From: Synergistaceae bacterium
GTDB taxonomy: Bacteria > Synergistota > Synergistia > Synergistales > Synergistaceae
Assembly: GCA_012727545.1 (NCBI GenBank)
Contig: JAAYHA010000169.1
Coordinates: forward strand, 1 to 42,278
Reading direction: 5' to 3'
DNA length: 42,278 nt
Shown: positions 1-8,483 of the stretch, piece by piece
Numbering within the stretch: the stretch's first letter is position 1
Layout: every line of letters begins with the position of its first letter
Made by a program: the position numbers and the translations under genes
Notes under the pieces: model-generated
Told to the model about the DNA's origin: nothing
Seen by the model: the letters and a program-made list of their open reading frames with translations, nothing else
The model's database searches: none

Positions 1-110
1 ACTTCATCGCCCAACCTCATTATCGCTCCGTCGCCGAACTTGCTTCTTATTTCGATCAACGCCTGCTCGAGTATGTCTTCTCTGGTTACCGATTCTTTCT
101 TTTTGGCCAT
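1..110 (-). CDS. recA: Recombinase RecA, N-terminal fragment (runs off window)
   Basis: Manual translation from ATG at 110 gives MAKKKESVTREDILEQALIEIRSKFGDGAIMRLGDE, matching the RecA N-terminal 'IE..FG.G.IMRLG' motif. GGGGAGG SD upstream; follows cinA-thpR. Not in ORF track. Confidence 0.92.
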   Translation of the reverse strand, partial: MAKKKESVTREDILEQALIEIRSKFGDGAIMRLGDE

Positions 111-171
111 TCGATTGCCTCCCCGTATCTATTTGGCGCTATTTGATTACAAATACATTATATACAGTATG

Positions 172-723
172 TCATATTTTGAAAAGACCCAGCGGAGTGT
201 ACCTTGGACCCATTGGAGAGAGCTCACTTCTCATAAGAGTTATCTCCCTGACTGTCCATGGCGAAGTCATCAGCGCCTCGCTCTGCATCGATGATAAAGC
301 TTTCTCCGGGAGAGGTATGTCTGAATTCCTGCGGCCGATCGTTATATGTGGAGTGTACTTTTTGTTTTCCTTTGGTATCGATGCTTTAAGGGCAGCTTTT
401 TCAACTTCGTCCCTTATTTTAAAAAGGTGTTCTGTATCTCCCCTTACACCGGCCCAGGCTACCCTGGGCCTTACCATATCCGGAAAAGCGCCGATCCCTT
501 CAATATTAATATCAAATGGACCTGTCGGCCTGATGCTTTTTAAATTATCCAAAAGCATGTCAACTGTCTCTGATGGCCTCTCCCCGCAGAATTTAAGGGT
601 TATGTGCATAGTATCAGGATAAGCCCACCTGAACTCGTGCGATTCACGTCTTCTGGCAGAGAGCCAGTCTGATACGACCTTTAACTGGGGCTTTGGAATA
701 GTTATACAGACAAAAGTCCTCAG
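172..723 (-). CDS. thpR: RNA 2',3'-cyclic phosphodiesterase (2'-5' RNA ligase, 2H family)
   Basis: Two HxT motifs (HITL, PHITIGR). The frame stays open upstream of the ORF-track start (609) and encodes LRTFVCI...W, the typical ThpR N-terminus. Start placed at CTG 723-721. Confidence 0.88.
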   Translation of the reverse strand: MRTFVCITIPKPQLKVVSDWLSARRRESHEFRWAYPDTMHITLKFCGERPSETVDMLLDNLKSIRPTGPFDINIEGIGAFPDMVRPRVAWAGVRGDTEHLFKIRDEVEKAALKASIPKENKKYTPHITIGRRNSDIPLPEKALSSMQSEALMTSPWTVREITLMRSELSPMGPRYTPLGLFKI

Positions 724-760
724 GAGAACTCCCGAAAATGATGGTATTCAGCCTACCATG

Positions 761-1243
761 TCACTGCACCCTTTCCAACAGGGCTTCAAGGGCTGTTTTT
801 ACTGCAGAATTCCGTATGAACGCCCTTTCCCCGCTGAATTGTTTTTTGAATGTATATGTGGCATCGTTTGAGGATATCCCAAACCAGACTGTCCCAACAG
901 GCTTTTCTTCGCTTCCCCCGTCCGGGCCGGCGATCCCGGTCACGCTTAAAGCTATTTCAGACCTGAATATCCTCTTTGCCCCTTCAGACATCTTTTCGGC
1001 ACACTCTGAGCTCACCGCACCATACTCATTGATAATGCGGGGGTCAACTCGAAGGATATCGATCTTTGCTTCGTTGCTGTAGGTCACAGCTGAGCCAAGA
1101 AAGACCACAGAGGCTCCCGGAACATTTGTCAGAGATCCGGCTATCAGTCCACCGGTGCATGACTCGGCAAGTGCGATGGTCATATTGCGCGAAGCTGCTT
1201 CTTCTATCAGTCTTTCTGCAAGAAACTTAGTATCCATTGTCAT
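761..1243 (-). CDS. pncC: CinA C-terminal domain / nicotinamide mononucleotide deamidase
   Basis: AESCTGG, YSNEAK, GAVS and TGIAGPDGGSEEKPVGTV motifs. Confidence 0.93.
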   Translation of the reverse strand: MTMDTKFLAERLIEEAASRNMTIALAESCTGGLIAGSLTNVPGASVVFLGSAVTYSNEAKIDILRVDPRIINEYGAVSSECAEKMSEGAKRIFRSEIALSVTGIAGPDGGSEEKPVGTVWFGISSNDATYTFKKQFSGERAFIRNSAVKTALEALLERVQ

Positions 1244-1728
1244 CTCCCGATAAAGCCAAGGATCGTTTCCATCCCGCCCTTAAAGAAGGTCCATGTCAGT
1301 CCCCTGAGAAGCAGGTTAGCGATCACGCCGCCTAAGATGTCATCTGCCATTATGCCCACCCCGCCGGGCAGCCTTTCCATCTCCCTTACAGGAAATGGTT
1401 TTGTTATGTCGATTATCCTGAAGATAAAAAGTCCGACTATTGCGTAGGTAGGCTCAAAACCCCAGCATGCCACCCAGCATCCTGCGACTTCATCGATCAC
1501 GACTTCCGGGGGATCCTCCCTTTCAACAGCCTTCTCGTATTTATCGGCAGCTATCGTTCCTATAACAGCAACGGCCGCTATAACCCAAAGAGACAGCCCC
1601 CCGAATGCTATCCATATCAAACAGGCTGCCAATGATCCAAGCGTTCCCGGCATCTTGCTGAACCTGCCAAGCGTCCCCAGAGTGGATATCATCCCATACC
1701 AGGTTTTCATTTCAGGAATAAGTATCAT
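1240..1728 (-). CDS. pgpA: Phosphatidylglycerophosphatase A
   Basis: PGTLGS, DPPEVVIDEVAG, FRIIDITKPFP and GGVGIMADD motifs. Confidence 0.93.
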   Translation of the reverse strand: MILIPEMKTWYGMISTLGTLGRFSKMPGTLGSLAACLIWIAFGGLSLWVIAAVAVIGTIAADKYEKAVEREDPPEVVIDEVAGCWVACWGFEPTYAIVGLFIFRIIDITKPFPVREMERLPGGVGIMADDILGGVIANLLLRGLTWTFFKGGMETILGFIGR

Positions 1729-3020
1729 TATCTCAACTCTTCTCCAACCATATCGTGAGGCATTGCCTCCGTCATCCTTACTTTAACAATATCGCCCTCT
1801 TTGACCTTCTCACCGACGCCCCTTATTTCTACCAGGCCGTCAACTTCGGGCGCTTCGCGAAAACTTCTTCCCTCGGCAAAAGAGGCTTCCCTGTCGATCC
1901 TCTCAACAAGGACATCCATAACTCTGCCTTCAAAAAGTTGCTGCCTTTCCAAAGATATCTCTTCCTGCAGGACCATCAGTTTTTTGAGTCGTTTCTGCTT
2001 TACGGCCTCTGAGACCTGCCCGTTCATTTTTTCCGCCTCTGTTCCCTCTTCGGGGAAAAACGCAAATGCGCCCATTCTGTCAAAGCGTGTCCTGGCTGCG
2101 AAATCCAGAAGATTATCAAAATGAGTCTTTTTTTCGCCTGGGAAGCCTACCATGCAAGTCGTGCGAAGGGCGAAATCTTCATTTATCCTTCTTGCGGCTG
2201 TAAATATTGACGAGAGCTCATCCGGAGAAATTTTTCTGTTCATTGCGGTGAGGATCTCGGGATCTGCGTGCTGTATGGGTATATCGAGGTATGGAAGGAC
2301 CTGTTTACCGGAAGCCACCCTCTCGAGAAGCTTCCCTGTGATCCGGCTGGGATGAAGATAGAGAAGACGTATCCATATGTTTTTGGGAAGCGCACTCTCC
2401 AGCTCATCTATCAAAGAGATGAGGGAATCTTTCCCATATAGGTCCGTACCGTAGACCGTCAGATCCTGGCCAACTACGCAAAGCTCAACGGCTCCCTCTT
2501 TCACAAGCTGATCGGCTTCACTGATAAGGGTATCGATCGGAAGGCTCCTGAGCCCTCCCCTTATCCCGGGTATCGTGCAGTATGTGCATTTATTGCCGCA
2601 GCCTTCGCTTATTTTCAGGTATCTTGTAAATTTTGATGACGATGGGAGTGATACCCTGCACCTGCTATTTACAGGCACGCCTCCCAAGCTCTTTATAACG
2701 GAAGACCAGTCTTCGCTCCTTGCCCAGAAATCAACTGAGGGGATCTCTTTGATCAGGTCATCTGAATATCTGTTCACAAGGCATCCAACAACGCCTATTT
2801 TTTTCAATTTTCCCTCTCTTTTCAACTGTTCCAGATCCAAAATTGCAGCAATGCTCTCTTCGGACGCAGGCTGAATAAATCCGCAGGTGTTGACTATCCC
2901 CACATCTGCAGACTCAACATCATCAACAAGCATATGTCCGGCACGTTCAAGCTCTCCTGCCAGACACTCACTGTCGACCCTGTTTTTGGCACATCCCAGA
3001 CTCAGGCAATATACCTTCAT
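1728..3020 (-). CDS. rimO: Ribosomal protein S12 methylthiotransferase RimO
   Basis: SLGCAKNRVDSE, NTCGFI, radical SAM CxxxCxxC (CGNKCTYC) and C-terminal TRAM domain with APEVDG. Confidence 0.95.
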   Translation of the reverse strand: MKVYCLSLGCAKNRVDSECLAGELERAGHMLVDDVESADVGIVNTCGFIQPASEESIAAILDLEQLKREGKLKKIGVVGCLVNRYSDDLIKEIPSVDFWARSEDWSSVIKSLGGVPVNSRCRVSLPSSSKFTRYLKISEGCGNKCTYCTIPGIRGGLRSLPIDTLISEADQLVKEGAVELCVVGQDLTVYGTDLYGKDSLISLIDELESALPKNIWIRLLYLHPSRITGKLLERVASGKQVLPYLDIPIQHADPEILTAMNRKISPDELSSIFTAARRINEDFALRTTCMVGFPGEKKTHFDNLLDFAARTRFDRMGAFAFFPEEGTEAEKMNGQVSEAVKQKRLKKLMVLQEEISLERQQLFEGRVMDVLVERIDREASFAEGRSFREAPEVDGLVEIRGVGEKVKEGDIVKVRMTEAMPHDMVGEELR

Positions 3021-4012
3021 TTATATAGGAGCTGAGAATCTTCGCTTACGGGCTGATTTAACATATATAGGCTAAGCCCCTGTTCCGTAAGTCCTGATGC
3101 TATTCCAAGCGCCATTTTTATCCTTGCCTGATAAGGGTTCAGCTTTCCGCCGGACATTACCCCCATCTCGAGAAGTTTCACATAACAGCCTTCGAAATAG
3201 TTCGCCTTGGCAACATGCCCCTGAAAACATCTTGAAACCACTGCCACCGGTATCCTTTTTCTGAGGATATTTCTTATATGGGGGACCCATGCCGGCGGGA
3301 CGTTGCCGGTACCAAACCCTGCAAGGACCAGCCCCTGTATCTCTTTATTCGAAGCCAGAGATGATATTATCCTTTCCCCGCCTCCCAAAGATGCATAGAC
3401 AAGTTCTACTGCCGCAGGGGTTTCAGGCTGTCGTGCAAGGAAACAGGGTCTTCTTACACTGCGGAAAAACTTGACTTCATCGTTCAGCATTTTTCCCAGG
3501 GAGCCTTTTTCCGGCGACTGAAATATGTTTTCAGGACTGGTAGGGTCTACCATGACCACTTCCGAGGCAGCAAAGAGTTCACCGCTTGAACAGACCAGGA
3601 CCCCTTTATCCTTTGCCTCTTCTGAAAGGGCAGCCTGTACTGAACATCTGAGATTCATAAGTCCCTCTGCGAGCCCTGCACGCCCCTGCACCATCAGGTT
3701 GGCAAATATAACCGGCTGCGGATGCTGCCAGAGAAGGTCTGTTAGATAGGCCATCTCCTCCATTACTCCGCTTCCCGAAATGACAATTATGCCTGTATAA
3801 CCGTCTGAGACCAGCGTTTCAAACATATTCTCCATTTCTGTTGTCAATTTCATGGAGTAATGGTTACTGGGCTGGCAGCTCCACTCGATAAGCTGACATT
3901 GGCCTGCGATGTCCTCCGGAAGATAGTTTAAAAGCGTGCAGGGATCGGCGTTTTCTTCATCTCCTGAAAAATTGCCGGCTATCACCAAAGCAAGCTTTGT
4001 TTTGGATTCCAA
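3017..4012 (-). CDS. Asparaginase/glutaminase-fold protein with degenerate active site
   Basis: MEEMAYL, F.SP..GSLG, GLVLAGFGTGNVP, PVAVVSRC and LNPYQARI match asparaginase architecture. Start placed at TTG 4012 behind GGAGG. ATGA overlap with rimO. Confidence 0.8.
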   Translation of the reverse strand: MESKTKLALVIAGNFSGDEENADPCTLLNYLPEDIAGQCQLIEWSCQPSNHYSMKLTTEMENMFETLVSDGYTGIIVISGSGVMEEMAYLTDLLWQHPQPVIFANLMVQGRAGLAEGLMNLRCSVQAALSEEAKDKGVLVCSSGELFAASEVVMVDPTSPENIFQSPEKGSLGKMLNDEVKFFRSVRRPCFLARQPETPAAVELVYASLGGGERIISSLASNKEIQGLVLAGFGTGNVPPAWVPHIRNILRKRIPVAVVSRCFQGHVAKANYFEGCYVKLLEMGVMSGGKLNPYQARIKMALGIASGLTEQGLSLYMLNQPVSEDSQLLYK

Positions 4013-4290
4013 ATCGATTCCTCCATCCTGAATGCTGAGAGATGCATCTATGCTCTCAACGTGCATTTTATCTCAAAGTCAGACTCGTTACAAACGAAAT
4101 TATATTACTCACGGCTGTTAAAATTTGCCGGGCCCCATAAGGATAAAAATTTATATAGACTTTTAACCTTTTTCCGTTTATCTTACTATGGGTGCAAATA
4201 TGCTCTCGCATCGTTATAATTTATCAATTACATCCCGTTTGACTTAAAGGGGTAACGGGTATGAACATGACCAACGGGAGGAAATGAGAT

Positions 4291-4932
4291 TTGGAAGCTT
4301 TATCAGGACTCGCAGCAATGTTTTCTTCACTTATTAACTGGCTGGTTGAAGTAATAGGACACATGGGATACCCGGGTATCATAGGACTGATGTTTCTTGA
4401 GTCTTCTTTTTTCCCTTTCCCAAGTGAGGTCGTGGTGCCTCCTGCAGGTTACCTGGCGTGGAAAGGCGAGATGAACCTCTTGCTGGTCATCCTCTCGGGT
4501 ATCGCCGGTAGTATACTTGGCGGCGTATTCAATTACTGGATAGCTGTAAAGTGGGGAAGGCCTATCTTTGAAAAGTATGGTAAATACTTTTTTGTAACAC
4601 ATGAATCTCTTGACAAGGCAGAGCTCTTCTTCTCAAAGCATGGGCATATAAGCACATTCACAGGAAGATTGATCCCTGTAATCAGACAGTACATATCTCT
4701 TCCGGCAGGACTTGCAAGGATGCCAATGGGACAGTTTTGCCTATACACTGCACTGGGTTCCGGGATCTGGGTGGTAATACTCGCTCTCACCGGCTACTTC
4801 CTCGGAAGCAACCAGGAACTGATCCACCAGGAGATCAAGAAGATCTCTGTTTTACTGATAATAGCATGTTTAGTTTTGACAGCGGTCTACATCTGGAGAT
4901 ACAGAAAAAAAGAACAGGCTAAGAACGACTGA
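4291..4932 (+). CDS. dedA: DedA family membrane protein
   Basis: [14 protein letters not shown] and [16 protein letters not shown] motifs; TTG start after GGGAGG. Confidence 0.92.
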   Translation: MEALSGLAAMFSSLINWLVEVIGHMGYPGIIGLMFLESSFFPFPSEVVVPPAGYLAWKGEMNLLLVILSGIAGSILGGVFNYWIAVKWGRPIFEKYGKYFFVTHESLDKAELFFSKHGHISTFTGRLIPVIRQYISLPAGLARMPMGQFCLYTALGSGIWVVILALTGYFLGSNQELIHQEIKKISVLLIIACLVLTAVYIWRYRKKEQAKND

Positions 4933-4967
4933 TAATATTCGCTGCTCCTAATAAAGGGGGTAAGTCC

Positions 4968-5879
4968 GTGTATTATTCGATAGGAAGAAAGCTTGTCCGG
5001 ATAGAAGAAAAGGGAGATATCGCCACGCCCTTCGCAGCAGTGCTGCATTCCGATGAATTTAATGACGGGGATCTGCCCTCCGGGTTCAGTGGATCGGATC
5101 TTCCACGTTATCCCAAACCTCGCTTCTGCAAAGCGGAAGTTCACGAGGACATGCTATCCGGAACTTTGTCTGTACCTGAAAAAAAGACATTTGGCAAACA
5201 TTCCGGCTTTTCTTATTACATAAGGAGCAACGGAGTGCTTTTTGCAGATGATTCAGGCCTTGCTGCTTCAATAATGGAAAAGATAGAGAAGTCAGTTACA
5301 TGGCGCGAACCTTCTGTAGGCCATTTTTTCTATTCATTTATGGAGACAATGGTCGAAGATGATCTGAGATACCTTGAAAACATCGAGGACCGGCTTGCTA
5401 AGCTCGAGGCGTCCGTACTCTCCGACAAGCTTGAAGGCTTTATGTACAGCATAGTGGCGATCAGAAAAGAGATACTGGCCCGTTCTCATTATTATTCACA
5501 GCTTTCAGATGTAGCACTCGAGCTTCTAGAGAACGAAAATGAGATATTTGATGACCCTTCCCTGAGACTCCTCAAACATTTTTCTGACAGGGCACACAGG
5601 CTCCGCCAGGAGACCCAGATGCTGCGCGAATACTCCCTCCAGATAAGCGAAGCCTACCAGACGCAGATCGACATCCGCCAGAATGTCGTAATGAAAGTGC
5701 TGACAGTAGTCACCGCAATATTCCTTCCCCTGACGCTCATTGCCGGCTGGTATGGCATGAATTTTGAGAAAATGCCTGAACTTCACTGGGATTACGGATA
5801 CCTTTACGTATTCCTATTAAGTATCATGGTAGTCGTAGGATGCCTTTGGATCTTTAAAAGAAAAAAATTCCTCAAGTAA
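4968..5879 (+). CDS. corA: CorA family Mg2+/Co2+ transporter
   Basis: C-terminal MKVLT...LPLTLIAGWYGMNF..MPEL.W.YGY signature. Confidence 0.9.
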   Translation: MYYSIGRKLVRIEEKGDIATPFAAVLHSDEFNDGDLPSGFSGSDLPRYPKPRFCKAEVHEDMLSGTLSVPEKKTFGKHSGFSYYIRSNGVLFADDSGLAASIMEKIEKSVTWREPSVGHFFYSFMETMVEDDLRYLENIEDRLAKLEASVLSDKLEGFMYSIVAIRKEILARSHYYSQLSDVALELLENENEIFDDPSLRLLKHFSDRAHRLRQETQMLREYSLQISEAYQTQIDIRQNVVMKVLTVVTAIFLPLTLIAGWYGMNFEKMPELHWDYGYLYVFLLSIMVVVGCLWIFKRKKFLK

Positions 5880-5966
5880 AAAAGTGCATTCCTAAAACCG
5901 GACTCAACTCAGGACAAGCATTGACTTGGATCTGGCCCGGTCAACCATGATAAGGAGGTGTCCTTG

Positions 5967-7097
5967 ATGAAAAAGGGCATACCATTGATGGTCCTGTCTG
6001 CGGCAATAGCTTTTGCGGTATTTATCCCGCAGGCAATGACTTATGCTGAAGGTGCAGCAAAAACGACCACAGCTTCAAAAATTACAAAGGAGGGCGACAG
6101 GATGACTATCGCTTTTGTTGACGAAACATACAAGAGTGAAAAGGGGACCGGAGTGATCTATCTTGCCGGAGGGTGCTTCTGGGGACTTGAAAAATTGATG
6201 CAGACGATCCCCGGGGTAGTAAGGGCTGTAAGCGGATACGCCAATGGCGACCCATCGATAAAACCGACATACAGGGAAGTCTGCGGCGGAAGGACCGGCT
6301 ATCGTGAAACTGTCAGGGTCGAGTACAGGGAAGACGAGGTCAGCCTTGATGCCATACTATTTGCCTTCTTTGGGGCAATAGATCCGACAGTGAGAAACAG
6401 GCAGGGCAATGATATCGGAAGCCAGTACCAGAGCGGGATCTATTTTGCTGATGAAAACTCCGCGAAGACAGTCGAACACATAGTGAAGGTCGAAAAGATG
6501 CGCCATAAAAACTTCGCGGTTGAGATAAAACCGCTGGAATCATTTTATGATGCGGAAGAGTACCACCAGGATTACCTTGACAAAAATCCCGGAGGATACT
6601 GCCACATAACTCCCGCTGAGATGAAAATGGTCGAAAAAATGACAGTCGACCCAGCAAAATACAGAAGGCCCGCAGACGAAGAAATAAAAAAGAGGCTTTC
6701 GAAAGAGGCCTACATGGTCGCTGTTGAGTCAGGCACTGAACCCTCATTCAACAACGAGTACTGGGACCACATGGAAAAGGGCATTTATGTTGATATCGTA
6801 ACAGGCGAACCGCTCTTTTCTTCAAAGGACAAATTTGAGAGTCCATGCGGCTGGCCTGCGTTTTCAAAGGCCATAGACCCAAACACTGTCGTCTACCTGC
6901 AGGATAATTCTTTCGGGATGAGAAGGATCGAGGTTAGAAGCAGGGCCGGGAACTCACATCTGGGGCATGTTTTCCACGGAGACCCCCATTCCCCTAACGG
7001 GATCCGTTTCTGCATAAACAGCCTCTCCCTGCGGTTCATCCCATTCGGAGAAATGGATAAAGAGGGCTACGGATACCTGACCCGATACGTTGAATGA
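5967..7097 (+). CDS. msrAB: Bifunctional peptide methionine sulfoxide reductase MsrA/MsrB with N-terminal signal peptide
   Basis: AGGCFWG, AEEYHQDYL..NP.GYCH (MsrA); CGWPAF, HLGHVF and RFCINS (MsrB). TAAGGAGGTG SD at 5951-5960 favours ATG 5967. Confidence 0.95.
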   Translation: MKKGIPLMVLSAAIAFAVFIPQAMTYAEGAAKTTTASKITKEGDRMTIAFVDETYKSEKGTGVIYLAGGCFWGLEKLMQTIPGVVRAVSGYANGDPSIKPTYREVCGGRTGYRETVRVEYREDEVSLDAILFAFFGAIDPTVRNRQGNDIGSQYQSGIYFADENSAKTVEHIVKVEKMRHKNFAVEIKPLESFYDAEEYHQDYLDKNPGGYCHITPAEMKMVEKMTVDPAKYRRPADEEIKKRLSKEAYMVAVESGTEPSFNNEYWDHMEKGIYVDIVTGEPLFSSKDKFESPCGWPAFSKAIDPNTVVYLQDNSFGMRRIEVRSRAGNSHLGHVFHGDPHSPNGIRFCINSLSLRFIPFGEMDKEGYGYLTRYVE

Positions 7098-7120
7098 TAT
7101 CCCCGTTTTGAATATGACCT

Positions 7121-7161
7121 AAAAAAGAGCCCCGGAAAATATAACTCCGGGACTCTTTTTT
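7121..7161. terminator. Bidirectional intrinsic terminator between convergent msrAB and DUF815 gene
   Basis: AAAAAAGAGCCCCGGA-loop-TCCGGGACTCTTTTTT imperfect inverted repeat with A and T tails. Confidence 0.8.
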
Positions 7162-7196
7162 GAATTTATAAAAAACTCTTTCGATCAGCCAGCAGA

Positions 7197-8483
7197 CTAT
7201 TCTTTTCTTCCTGCCATGAATTCTACGAACTGCCTGGCCGCCCTTCCCGAAAAACCTCCGTGTTTGAGTTCCCACTGAACGGCTCCGAGCACAAGTTCCT
7301 CTTCAGAAGCATCTACTTCGTATTCCTTGGCCAGGATCCTTACAATGTTGAGATACTCTTCCTGCTCCGGCGAAAAATACCTGATCATCAGGCCAAACCT
7401 GTCAACCAGAGACATCCGTTCCTGCATCGTCTCCGATTCGTGCATGTCCTCGTACCTGTCATCCCTGTCTGCCCAGGTCTCTTTCATTAAGTGGCGCCTG
7501 TTGGATGTTGCATATATAAGGATGTTGTCAGGCCTTTTTTCAAGCCCTCCCTCTATGAAAGCCTTGAGGAACTTATACTCCACCTCAAAATGTTCAAAAG
7601 AGAGATCATCCATAAAAATAACAAACTTGTAGTTTCTGTTTTTTATGATATCTACTATTGTCTCAAGGTCTTCGATCTGGTGTTTGTATACCTCGACCAT
7701 CCTGAGTCCCTTGGGGGCAAAACGGTTCAGAAGAGCTTTCACTGTGGATGATTTTCCTGTGCCGCTCTCCCCGTAAAGAAGGACATTGTTTGCCGGCCTG
7801 CCTTCCAGGAATGCGACTGTATTATCGACAAGTATCTTTTTTTGCTCATCATACCCGACAAGTCCATCCAGGGATATTTCTTCAGTGTGTGTTACAGGGA
7901 TCAATTCCCCTCTTTTGCCGTCCCACCTAAAAGCTTTGTTGAGTGCAAATTGTCCTGAGCCGCGTTCATAATGAAACTCCAAAATCTTTTTGTAAAAATC
8001 AACTGTATTTGCAGATTCCCTGAGTGCGTCGGCAAGTTCCTTCACAATATAGCCTGACGACCTGTCCAACGCGCCGTTTTCCAGTTTAAGCGGCTCATAA
8101 TCCCCGTACCTTCCGAAAGCGGAAACTTCGAGGTCTTTGTCTATAAGGTTCAGGTCAAAATTAAAATAGAAACGTATGGTATCAATATCCTCTTTTACGA
8201 GTCTGGAGAGAGTCCCCGAGAGCTCTTTCCTGCGTTCCTGAGCAAGTGAAAAAGTGGTCTCGGACTTTGCAAAAAGCATGGTTATCCATGATTGCCAGAT
8301 GTTGCCGTTTATGCCCATCATCTCAGCTGCCTCTGCCATGCGGCATACAGATTCACAGTACCAGGATACCGCTTCCTGCTTGTATCCGTCATCTATTTGT
8401 CCGGCACTTTTTATAAGTCCGGATATGCATGCAAAGACCTCATCTTTTTCAAATTCCCTGAGGGCCATAAGCTCTGCTTTCAT
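7197..8483 (-). CDS. DUF815 family AAA+ ATP-binding protein
   Basis: PANNVLLYGESGTGKSS, FMDDLSFE, YATSNRRHL and SGRAARQF motifs. Confidence 0.9.
   Translation of the reverse strand: MKAELMALREFEKDEVFACISGLIKSAGQIDDGYKQEAVSWYCESVCRMAEAAEMMGINGNIWQSWITMLFAKSETTFSLAQERRKELSGTLSRLVKEDIDTIRFYFNFDLNLIDKDLEVSAFGRYGDYEPLKLENGALDRSSGYIVKELADALRESANTVDFYKKILEFHYERGSGQFALNKAFRWDGKRGELIPVTHTEEISLDGLVGYDEQKKILVDNTVAFLEGRPANNVLLYGESGTGKSSTVKALLNRFAPKGLRMVEVYKHQIEDLETIVDIIKNRNYKFVIFMDDLSFEHFEVEYKFLKAFIEGGLEKRPDNILIYATSNRRHLMKETWADRDDRYEDMHESETMQERMSLVDRFGLMIRYFSPEQEEYLNIVRILAKEYEVDASEEELVLGAVQWELKHGGFSGRAARQFVEFMAGRKE

Noticed and set aside
111-190. Possible SOS/LexA box upstream of recA
   Set aside because: CTGTATAT is present on the minus strand but lacks the ACAG half, and there is no GAAC-N4-GTTC. 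Only a plausible TATAAT is seen.
748-750. Selenocysteine recoding of the in-frame TGA before thpR
   Set aside because: The position is outside the conserved domain, ThpR has no catalytic Cys there, and no convincing SECIS-like hairpin follows.
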